DNA of 64,000 nt from Kibdelosporangium banguiense. GTDB taxonomy: Bacteria > Actinomycetota > Actinomycetes > Mycobacteriales > Pseudonocardiaceae. Positions 56,773 to 64,000 of this stretch are shown one piece after another. The notes below the pieces were generated by a model that worked only from the letters and a program-made list of their open reading frames with translations, was not told the origin of the DNA and made no database searches. A program made the translations under genes and the position numbers. The stretch is from assembly GCF_017876405.1 (NCBI RefSeq), contig NZ_JAGINW010000001.1:693203-757202 (forward strand), in the 5' to 3' direction. Position 1 is the first letter of the stretch. Every line of letters starts with the position of its first letter.

Positions 56773-58017
56773 ATGACTATCACCGAGGTACTGCCCGTTG
56801 TCCTGCTGCTGGCCGTGCTGGCCTGCGCGGTGATCCGGCCGTGGGGCTGGCCGGAGGCGGTTGTCGCGGTCCCGGCCGCCGCCCTGGTGATCGGGATCGG
56901 CGCGATCTCGCTGGATCACGCCCGGGCCGAAGCCGAGCAGCTCGGTCCGGTGATCGGGTTTCTCGCGGCCGTGCTGGTGCTGGCTCATCTGTGCGACATC
57001 GACGGGCTTTTCCAGGCGTGCGGTGCCTGGCTGGCGCGCGCTGCCGCGCCGCAACGGCTGCTGGCCGGGGTGTTCGGGATCGCGTCGGTGATCACGGCTG
57101 TGCTGAGCCTGGACGCGACGATCGTCCTGCTCACGCCCGTCGTGTTCACCACCGCGGCGCGGATGGGAGCACGCCCCAAACCGCACGTGTACGCGTGCAC
57201 TCACCTGTCGAACACGGCGTCGCTGCTGCTGCCGGTGTCCAATCTGACCAACCTGCTCGCGTTCGCGGCGAGCGGGCTGAGTTTTGTCCGGTTCGCGGCG
57301 TTGATGGCGCTGCCGTGGCTGGCCGCGATCGCCGCCGAGTACGCCGTGTTCAGGTGGTTTTTCAGGCGTGACCTGGCTGCCGGTGCCGAGTTGCGCACCC
57401 CGGCCGAGCCGCCCAAGGTGCCGGTCTTCACCGTGGTCACGCTGGCCGCGACACTCGTCGGGTTTGTCATGACCTCGGCGGTCGGGGTGGATCCCGCGTG
57501 GGCCGCCTTGGCGGGCGCGTTGGTGCTTGGCGTCCGCGCGTTGGTGCAGCGGCGGACGACGGTTCTCGATCTGGTCCGTGCGACCGCGATCCCGTTCCTC
57601 GTTTTTGTGCTGGCCCTGGGGATTGTGGTGCGTGCGGTGGTCGACAACGGACTCGGCGACGCCCTCGGCACGCTGATTCCCAGCGGAACCGGCCTGCTGG
57701 CGCTGCTCGGGATCGCCGCAGTGGCGGCTGTGCTCGCGAACCTGATCAACAACCTGCCTGCGGTACTCGTACTGCTCCCTCTCGTCGCCGCTGGCGGCCC
57801 TGGAGCCGTGCTCGCCGTGTTGCTCGGGGTGAACATCGGCCCCAACCTGACGTACGCGGGTTCCCTGGCCACGCTGCTGTGGCGACGCATCCTGCGGCAA
57901 CATGACACTGATGTGGACCTCGGCGAGTTCACCAGACTCGGGCTGCTCGCCGTGCCGGTCAGCCTGGTGGTCGCCGTGCTGGCACTGTGGGGGTCGCTGC
58001 ACGTGATCGGAGGTTGA
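56773..58017 (+). CDS. ArsB/NhaD family (SLC13-like) anion permease
   Basis: The ATG at 56773 is MTITEVLPVVLL... The 415-aa protein is polytopic and has an internal duplication typical of ArsB/NhaD transporters. Confidence 0.7.
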   Translation: MTITEVLPVVLLLAVLACAVIRPWGWPEAVVAVPAAALVIGIGAISLDHARAEAEQLGPVIGFLAAVLVLAHLCDIDGLFQACGAWLARAAAPQRLLAGVFGIASVITAVLSLDATIVLLTPVVFTTAARMGARPKPHVYACTHLSNTASLLLPVSNLTNLLAFAASGLSFVRFAALMALPWLAAIAAEYAVFRWFFRRDLAAGAELRTPAEPPKVPVFTVVTLAATLVGFVMTSAVGVDPAWAALAGALVLGVRALVQRRTTVLDLVRATAIPFLVFVLALGIVVRAVVDNGLGDALGTLIPSGTGLLALLGIAAVAAVLANLINNLPAVLVLLPLVAAGGPGAVLAVLLGVNIGPNLTYAGSLATLLWRRILRQHDTDVDLGEFTRLGLLAVPVSLVVAVLALWGSLHVIGG

Positions 58018-58021
58018 CGAC

Positions 58022-58438
58022 ATGGCCGTCGTCGTATGGATCGTCGAAGGCACGTGGCCCGCCTGTGTGGACGCTGCCCGCACACACGCGTCGGGCGATA
58101 TAGCTCTGCTGCACGTCACGGACGTCTCCGGCGCCGCACATGGTGCGTTCGCGGGCCTGCTGGGTCGTGCCGACCCGCACCGTGACCCCGGCATTCGGCT
58201 GGAGTCGATGGCCGCCGCTGGTCCCCTGCTCGACGCCGCCGCCCAGCGCCTGGACCGGCCCTGTACGCGTCTGGAGCGAGCCGGACGGATCGAACGCGAG
58301 GTCATCGACGCCGCCCAAGGCGCGGACCTGCTGATCGTCTCCCGGGACAACGACCACCCAGGCCCGAAGAGTCTCGGACCGGCCACCCGCTTTGTCGTCG
58401 ACCACGCGCCCTGCCCGGTCCTGCTGGTCCGGCCATGA
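58022..58438 (+). CDS. universal stress protein (UspA family)
   Basis: The 138-aa protein has a Usp-typical C-terminus (GADLLIVSRDNDHPGPKSLGPATRFVVDHAPCPVLLV). Confidence 0.7.
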   Translation: MAVVVWIVEGTWPACVDAARTHASGDIALLHVTDVSGAAHGAFAGLLGRADPHRDPGIRLESMAAAGPLLDAAAQRLDRPCTRLERAGRIEREVIDAAQGADLLIVSRDNDHPGPKSLGPATRFVVDHAPCPVLLVRP

Positions 58439-58440
58439 AA

Positions 58441-58470
58441 AATGCCCCCGGCGAAGGAACCGGGGGCATT
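58441..58470. terminator. bidirectional terminator hairpin (aatgcccccgg ... ccgggggcatt)
   Basis: An 11-bp stem sits between convergent genes. Confidence 0.55.
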
Positions 58471-58480
58471 CCTCGATTAC

Positions 58481-61450
58481 TCAGTATCGCCGGTCGATGA
58501 GCTCATTGGTGGCGGGGTTGTAGGTGATGTACCCGTTCTGGAAGTCCGAGCGGCGCATGCCGTTCCACTCGTACTCGTCGCTCTTCGGGTAGCCCAGGTA
58601 GCTCGTCTCCCACCCGAGGTTGGCCCAGCGCTGCCTGATCAGGCCGTAGACGGCGAACGCACCGAGGCTCGGGTGCCAGTAGATCGAGCCACCACTCTTC
58701 TGGAAGTGGTTGAAGCGGCCGATCCGGTCCGGCGTCTCGGTCTCGTTGGTGATCGGGTAGCCCAGTACCGAGGTCTCCCAGCCCATCGCGGCCCACTTGT
58801 CCCTGATCATGCCGCGGATCTCCCACGCGCCCAGGTCCGGGTGCCAGTAGATCGAGCCGAACTGGAAGTGGTTGAAGCGGCCGATCCGGTCCGGCGTCTC
58901 GGTCTCGTCCGTGGTCGGGTAGCCGACCGCCGAACGCTCCCAGCCGAGCGACGCCCAGCGGTCGTAGATCATGCCGTGCACCTCGTTGGCGCCGGTCGCG
59001 TTGCTCCAGTAGATGTAGCCACGCTCGAAGGCGTTGAACCGGCCGACGTTCCCCGTTGTCGGCAGCTCGTCGGTGGTGGGGAAGCCGTTGAACATCTCCG
59101 CACCCCTGGCGTCCCACTTCTCGTAGATCGCGCCGAAGACCGGGTGTGCGCCGGTCGTGCTGGTCCAGTAGATCGACCGGCCGCCCTCGAACAGGTTGTA
59201 GCGGCCCCGGGTGTCCTGCGGGATGAGCTCGTCCGTGGTCGGCAGGCCGAAGGCCTGGTGACCACCCACGGCCAGGTACTTGGCGAGGATCTCGCCCATC
59301 ACCAGGTGCACGCCGGTGGCGTGCGACCAGTACAGCCGGCCGCCCTGATACACCCGCCACCGGACATCGCCGTCGCCCTGCTCGGCCTCGACCGGGGCGC
59401 CAAGGATCTGGCGTGCCGCGGCGTCGGTGTTGTAGCGGCGTTCGATCGGTGAGAGGTAAGAGGCCCGGAACGTCAGGTCCGCGTCCGGCATCCTCTGGGT
59501 GCGCTGCCGTGGCGCGTTGTCCGACCAGCCGCCGAAGGTCGACGCGTTGTCCGCCGCGGTCTCCGGGGCGGTGATCGTCACGTTCATCCCGACGGTGAAC
59601 AAGGCAGTGGCGCCGCGTTCGTCACCGAGCTCGAACTCGGCCGGGGCGTTGCTCTCGATGGTGATCCGGCGCTGCTTGGGCAGGGCGGTCACCGTCTGGC
59701 TCGACTGCGCGCCCTTGCTGTCGGTGGCGGTCACCGTGATCTGCAGCTGGGTGTCGCCTGAGTGGCCTTCGAACGGCAGCCGGAAGTTCGGCCCGGTCTG
59801 GCGCGCCCCAGGGTGGTTGTGGCAGTTGCCGACGCCCCGGCAGTGCAGGGTGTTGACGTTCCACGAGACCTCGACGTTGCCGTCTTCCACGTCGGTCGCC
59901 GTCGCGGTCGCGGAGATCACGTCACCGACCGCGTACCGCTGCTGCGGATCGGAGCGCTGCAACTGCACCACCGGCGCGTTGTTGCCCGGATAGACCGTGA
60001 TCGTTTTCGTGCCCGAGGCGTTCTGCGGGTCGGTGGCGATCAGCTTGGCGGTGAAGCTGGTGCCGGCCGGGTACACGTGCTCCACGACCTTGCCGGTGCC
60101 GGACGTGCCGTCGCCGAACTCCCAGTTGTAGACCAGTTCGTCGCCGTTGGGGTCCCAGGTCTTCTCGGCGTTGAACGTGACCTTGCGGGTGGCCGGGTCG
60201 TTGGTGGCCGAGACCTCCGCGACCGGCGGGTTGTTCCCGGGCGCGTACACCAGGCGGCGGACGGTGGACGTCTCGATGTCGGCCCACACGATGTCGCCGC
60301 CGACCGGGGTGGCACCGAATTTCACGATCGCACCGGCGTCGGTCCCGAACTGCTCGGGCACCGCACCCTCCGCGTCGACCGCCATGGTCCAGAGGTTGCT
60401 GGAGGTGTAGTCGGCGAAGAAGTAGCGGCCCTGGTACTCAGCCGGGTAGTTCTTGCCCTGGTAGATCACGCCGCCGATGACGCTGCTGCCCTCGGATCGC
60501 GGGTACGTCCACATCGGCGGAACACCCGACACACCCGCGCACTGGGCCTGTTCCTTGTAGATCCGCGTGGGCTGCTCGCCTTCCCAGCAGGGCCAGCCGT
60601 ACGAGTTGCCGGGCGCGACCCGGTTGATCTCCTCGAACGTGTCCCATCCGACGTCACCGAGGATCGGCTGGTTGGTGGCCGGGTCGAGGCTGAAGCGGAA
60701 CGGGCTGCGGAACCCGCTCGCGTACACCTTGCTGCGCACCGAGTTGGGATTCGCAGCCTGGTAGTACGGATTGGACGACACGCCGGTGCCGTCCGGCTTG
60801 ATGTGCAGCACCTTGCCGTGCGGGTCGTTGAGGTCGAGTGCCCGGAAGGCCAGAAGGTCCCACGACTCACTGGCGTAGTCCGCCGAATCGCCGACGCTGA
60901 CCCACAGCGTGCCGTCCTCGTCGGCGATCACCGTGCTGATGCCGTGTGCGTTGGAGTCGGCCGACGTCTGCAGCACGGTCCGCTCGTCCACCAGACCGGT
61001 CGGCTTGCCGGAACTGTCCACAGTGACCGACCATCGGCTCAGCCTCAGCACGCCGAAATCGCCGGCACCCGAGCCCGACGCGGGCACGGTCCGTGTCGTG
61101 TAGACCGTCCGGCTGTTGGCGTAGTCGGGCGCGACCGTGATGCCCTGCAGGCCCATGTCCTGGTCGGTGACCGACGGCAGGTTCGCGATCTGCCGTGGCG
61201 CGCCGGTCTTGGGCACCCAGTTGACCTTGCCGTACTTGCCGGCCACGAGCATGCTCTCGTCCGGCAGGAACGTGAAGTCGGTGAGCAGGTCGCCCTGGAA
61301 CCCTGGTGTGAAACCGGTCTGCGTGTCCCGCAGCACGAAGCCTGGTTTCAGGCTCGGCGCCGCGTTCGCCGTCACCGCTGGAAGGGCGACGACGGCGCCT
61401 GCCACCAGGGCCGTCGTCGTCGCAGCTTGAATCAAGTGGCGTAGTCGCAT
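58481..61450 (-). CDS. secreted PQQ-dependent sugar dehydrogenase-like beta-propeller protein with PKD domains and five C-terminal LGFP repeats
   Basis: There is a signal peptide. The SGDH-like region reads GLQGITVAPDYANSRTVYTT...HIKPDGTGVSSNPY...NSYGWPCWEG. The PKD-like region reads FNAEKTWDPNGDELVYNWEFGDGTSG. The LGFP units read G.P.TDE....GR.N.F..G.IYW..TGA..V.G.I...W. Confidence 0.7.
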   Translation of the reverse strand: MRLRHLIQAATTTALVAGAVVALPAVTANAAPSLKPGFVLRDTQTGFTPGFQGDLLTDFTFLPDESMLVAGKYGKVNWVPKTGAPRQIANLPSVTDQDMGLQGITVAPDYANSRTVYTTRTVPASGSGAGDFGVLRLSRWSVTVDSSGKPTGLVDERTVLQTSADSNAHGISTVIADEDGTLWVSVGDSADYASESWDLLAFRALDLNDPHGKVLHIKPDGTGVSSNPYYQAANPNSVRSKVYASGFRSPFRFSLDPATNQPILGDVGWDTFEEINRVAPGNSYGWPCWEGEQPTRIYKEQAQCAGVSGVPPMWTYPRSEGSSVIGGVIYQGKNYPAEYQGRYFFADYTSSNLWTMAVDAEGAVPEQFGTDAGAIVKFGATPVGGDIVWADIETSTVRRLVYAPGNNPPVAEVSATNDPATRKVTFNAEKTWDPNGDELVYNWEFGDGTSGTGKVVEHVYPAGTSFTAKLIATDPQNASGTKTITVYPGNNAPVVQLQRSDPQQRYAVGDVISATATATDVEDGNVEVSWNVNTLHCRGVGNCHNHPGARQTGPNFRLPFEGHSGDTQLQITVTATDSKGAQSSQTVTALPKQRRITIESNAPAEFELGDERGATALFTVGMNVTITAPETAADNASTFGGWSDNAPRQRTQRMPDADLTFRASYLSPIERRYNTDAAARQILGAPVEAEQGDGDVRWRVYQGGRLYWSHATGVHLVMGEILAKYLAVGGHQAFGLPTTDELIPQDTRGRYNLFEGGRSIYWTSTTGAHPVFGAIYEKWDARGAEMFNGFPTTDELPTTGNVGRFNAFERGYIYWSNATGANEVHGMIYDRWASLGWERSAVGYPTTDETETPDRIGRFNHFQFGSIYWHPDLGAWEIRGMIRDKWAAMGWETSVLGYPITNETETPDRIGRFNHFQKSGGSIYWHPSLGAFAVYGLIRQRWANLGWETSYLGYPKSDEYEWNGMRRSDFQNGYITYNPATNELIDRRY

Positions 61451-61643
61451 AATCCCCTTGCCCCGTGACCGCCCGGACCCCCCAAGGGCCGGCTCAACTC
61501 TCTGTTGATCGTCTCAGGACCATGGGACGTTTCAGCCGAATGGGCGAAGATTGCAACTTTATGTAAGCAAATGACCGCGTCGGGGTATGTCGCCTAGACC
61601 ACTCCCGGTGGTGAATTCTACTCGGAGTAGGTCAACGGTGATC

Positions 61644-61931
61644 TCAGCGGGCGTTGAACGGCCAGTCGAGATCCGGATCGAGCCGGTAGGTCATCCCGCC
61701 GACGAGGTTCCCGCCCGCTTTGACGTCGATCCGGATGTCGATGTCCCCGGCCCGCGCGGACTCGTTCACCGCGGCGAGGTCGAACTCCTGGCCTTCACGC
61801 AGCCGGATCCGGATCTCCTGACGCCGAGTCCCCGGCCGCAGGTCCATCCCATCCGGACGGACGCCTGCCAGCTCGAGTCTCCAGCCGGCGCTGGCCAGGA
61901 ACTTCGGCAGGTGCACGGTGAAGGTCATCTT
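61644..61931 (-). CDS. small hypothetical protein (95 aa), start ATGA-coupled to the upstream gene
   Basis: It reads MTFTVHLPKFLASAGWRLELAGVRPDGMDLRPGTRRQEIRIRLREGQEFDLAAVNESARAGDIDIRIDVKAGGNLVGGMTYRLDPDLDWPFNAR. Its ATG overlaps the TGA of 61925..63406. Confidence 0.45.
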   Translation of the reverse strand, partial: KMTFTVHLPKFLASAGWRLELAGVRPDGMDLRPGTRRQEIRIRLREGQEFDLAAVNESARAGDIDIRIDVKAGGNLVGGMTYRLDPDLDWPFNAR

Positions 61932-63406
61932 CGCCCGTTTCGGGTTCGGGTTGCGGACCAGAAACCGACCCCCTCGAACGCCCTGAGCAACGCTTTGGCA
62001 CCACCGCCACCGGGGACCGGGTTGACGTTGCGCTGACCGATGTTGTTGTCGTTGGGAACCAGCCGCCACTCCGGGATGACCTCACCGGCGGTGAAACTCT
62101 CCACATTGGACCCGTCACCGGTGGCGCCGGCGATCATGAGCAGGCAGTCGTGGCCGTGGGCGTTGATGTTCGGCGTCCACTCGAACGGCCCGACGACCGT
62201 CTCCTGTGCGCTGTTTGCGGCCAGGCTTCCCGCGCTCAGCTTCGGCGTGTCGAACGGTTCGAAGTCGGTCGGCCACAACAGCCCTGCACCGGGTTTCGTG
62301 TGGTAGCCGTGGACAACGACGTTGTTCGCCGTCTGCGTGCCGCGGTTGCGCACCTTCACATATACGAAGTTGGTCTGGCCGAGCGCGGGTTCCTCATGCG
62401 TGGTGCCGCCGTCGGCGGCCCGGCGGTTCCAGATTGTCGTGGTGTGCCAGTGAACCGGCTGATACTGGTACTCCCCCGCACGGCCGTCGTCGATGTAGAC
62501 GTCCTGGTCCGGCGGGAGTCCGGGCGTGACGACCTTCTTGTCCGTCGGGCCGCCGTTGACCACCAACGGGTTCTGGTACTCGCCCTGCTTCTCGAACGAC
62601 CAGCGGATCACCTTCGAGTACGCGCCGCCGAAGACACCGGCCGAGGTCCAGTTGAGCTGGTCGACCGCCATCAGCGCGTCGGCGAACTCGCGGGCGTAGC
62701 GCCGGGTCAGTGTCGGATGCCAGGGGGCGTATGCGAACCGCAGATCTCCCGGTTTGCCCAGCAGGGTTCCGTCGACTCCCCAGAGCCTGGAGTCGGGGTC
62801 GGAGTAGATAGCGGCCAGACTGTCGCCCGCGCTGTGGGCGAACCCGAAGTTCGGGTGGTCGACGTACTCGTAGAGGATCCCGTGGCCGCACAGTTCGTGC
62901 CAGTGCACGCGAGGATCACACGCCCGGCCCAGCGGGTGGACCGTGTCGGTCTGGTCCATGACGCCGTAACCGACGTGGCCGATCCCGCCCGCGCCATCGC
63001 CGGAACAGTGCGCGTTGATCTCGTCGCCCAACAGGCACCGGTGGTCGATACCGACCGGGAAAACGGTGTTGCGGAAGTATCCGGCCGGGCCGGTCACCGT
63101 GAAGCCGAGATCCGCGATGGTCCGGAAGATCCGGTCGACGTGGAAATAGGCGCTGACCGCGGCGAAATCGTTCGTCCGGGAGTCGAAGTGGAAGTTCGTG
63201 CCCGCCGGGTTCACCGGCGCCGCGATGATCTCGCCCTCGACCTCCCGCAGTTCACCGAAGCTGCCGCGCAGGACCTGCGTGCCGTTCGACGGCGGGTCGA
63301 GGTTCATCAGCGTGACAGTGTCCCGGTGCGGGTTGAGAGTCGTGTTGTCCGATGTGGAATTGAGCGCGGTGTCAGCGGTTTTCGTCGGCGGGTCCACAGT
63401 GAACAC
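61925..63406 (-). CDS. hypothetical protein (possible metallopeptidase-like; non-canonical HWHELCGHG motif). The intact frame starts at the GTG at 63406. An upstream N-terminal extension to ~63652 is broken by two frameshifts
   Basis: The 493-aa intact ORF is cysteine-poor and has no signal peptide. Upstream, two other frames carry protein-like sequence (VQESFDPALNAQVVQEDDGRVRGIRYQDEYAESDQDSPL and DLVAEITFAMPAGSREVLTWKALFEPETRSVLYLRAMVSDLAA). A GAGGAGA RBS and GTG lie at ~63652. Confidence 0.5.
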   Translation of the reverse strand: MFTVDPPTKTADTALNSTSDNTTLNPHRDTVTLMNLDPPSNGTQVLRGSFGELREVEGEIIAAPVNPAGTNFHFDSRTNDFAAVSAYFHVDRIFRTIADLGFTVTGPAGYFRNTVFPVGIDHRCLLGDEINAHCSGDGAGGIGHVGYGVMDQTDTVHPLGRACDPRVHWHELCGHGILYEYVDHPNFGFAHSAGDSLAAIYSDPDSRLWGVDGTLLGKPGDLRFAYAPWHPTLTRRYAREFADALMAVDQLNWTSAGVFGGAYSKVIRWSFEKQGEYQNPLVVNGGPTDKKVVTPGLPPDQDVYIDDGRAGEYQYQPVHWHTTTIWNRRAADGGTTHEEPALGQTNFVYVKVRNRGTQTANNVVVHGYHTKPGAGLLWPTDFEPFDTPKLSAGSLAANSAQETVVGPFEWTPNINAHGHDCLLMIAGATGDGSNVESFTAGEVIPEWRLVPNDNNIGQRNVNPVPGGGGAKALLRAFEGVGFWSATRTRNGRR

Positions 63407-63730
63407 ATGGCCGCGAGGTCACTCACCATCGCACGCAGGTAGAGCACGGACCGGGTCTCCGGTTCGAACAACGCCTTCCAGGTCAGGACTTCCCGGCTGC
63501 CGGCCGGCATCGCGAAGGTGATCTCCGCGACGAGGTCAGCGGACTGTCTTGATCGGACTCCGCGTACTCGTCCTGATACCGGATACCCCGGACCCGGCCG
63601 TCGTCCTCCTGCACGACCTGCGCGTTCAACGCAGGATCAAACGACTCCTGCACGACTGTCTCCTCGAGCTAGGCCTTCGCAGGGCTGAATACTGCTATGT
63701 CGCCCCAGAACCCGAAGGCATCACCAACTC

Positions 63731-64000
63731 TCACCCATTCGGCCTAGCGGATACACCCGAACCGATCTGCGCGGCGAGGACTGCCAGGCGGATCCGGTTC
63801 GGGCAGCCGGTCTTGGCCAGCAGGCTGGCAATGTGGCTTTTCACCGTCGTCACGCCGACATGCAGGCGCGCGGCGATCTCGGCGTTGGACAGGCCGACAG
63901 CAACAAGGTCGAGGACTTCCTGTTCACGGGTGGTGACGTCGAGTGGCGGCGGCGCTGCGTTCGTCCTGTCCGTTCTGGACTGAACGGCGTGGCTGACGAG
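63731..64000 (-). CDS. LuxR-family transcriptional regulator, C-terminal HTH only (5' end lies outside the window)
   Basis: The minus-strand translation reads ...REQEVLDLVAVGLSNAEIAARLHVGVTTVKSHIASLLAKTGCPNRIRLAVLAAQIGSG. The stop is at 63731-63733. Confidence 0.7.
   Translation of the reverse strand, partial: LVSHAVQSRTDRTNAAPPPLDVTTREQEVLDLVAVGLSNAEIAARLHVGVTTVKSHIASLLAKTGCPNRIRLAVLAAQIGSGVSARPNG

Noticed and set aside
59762-61444. 560-aa plus-strand ORF
   Set aside because: It is antisense to the PQQ-dehydrogenase/LGFP gene, which has recognisable domain repeats.

Overview
This is a high-GC (~70%) chromosomal segment from an actinomycete. It is densely coding on both strands with roughly 60 genes, and has no rRNA, tRNA, CRISPR array or obvious transposase. 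The gene content is largely housekeeping and accessory, and falls into six groups.

- Regulators: four intact sigma-70/ECF-type sigma factors plus one decayed pair, three TetR regulators, a Crp/Fnr regulator, an OmpR-type two-component pair, and a LuxR fragment.
- Secreted hydrolases: two type-B carboxylesterases, two S33 tripeptidyl-aminopeptidase-like enzymes, an S41 protease, an AA10 LPMO, and a PQQ-dependent sugar dehydrogenase with PKD and LGFP domains.
- A six-gene, translationally coupled nucleotide-sugar operon with two aminotransferase/acetyltransferase pairs.
- DNA damage functions: DinB and a stand-alone LigD polymerase domain.
- HtpG, ThrC and a Sir2 deacylase.
- A HipA-like kinase followed by a DUF3037-like protein.

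The most unusual block is a tightly packed minus-strand operon at 26074-34206: a sigma factor, a YqiJ/NfeD-like membrane protein, a 711-aa flotillin, and a 1620-aa protein with a C-terminal AAA+ ATPase module whose start overlaps the flotillin stop in an ATGA. The third member of this operon has no described function and is the best candidate here for an undescribed system.

Other non-genic signals:
- a duplicated ~92-bp leader (5672-5763 and 6108-6198);
- a hairpin element with the same stem found at 4404-4433 and 17093-17129;
- a degenerate tandem repeat array downstream of htpG (41706-41875);
- a 755-bp GC-poor non-coding island with long hairpins (50753-51507);
- a decayed ECF sigma/anti-sigma pair (54945-55730);
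- a gene with N-terminal frameshifts that is ATGA-coupled to a 95-aa ORF (61644-63652).

Every functional call is based on reading the translations for motifs; no database search was possible.
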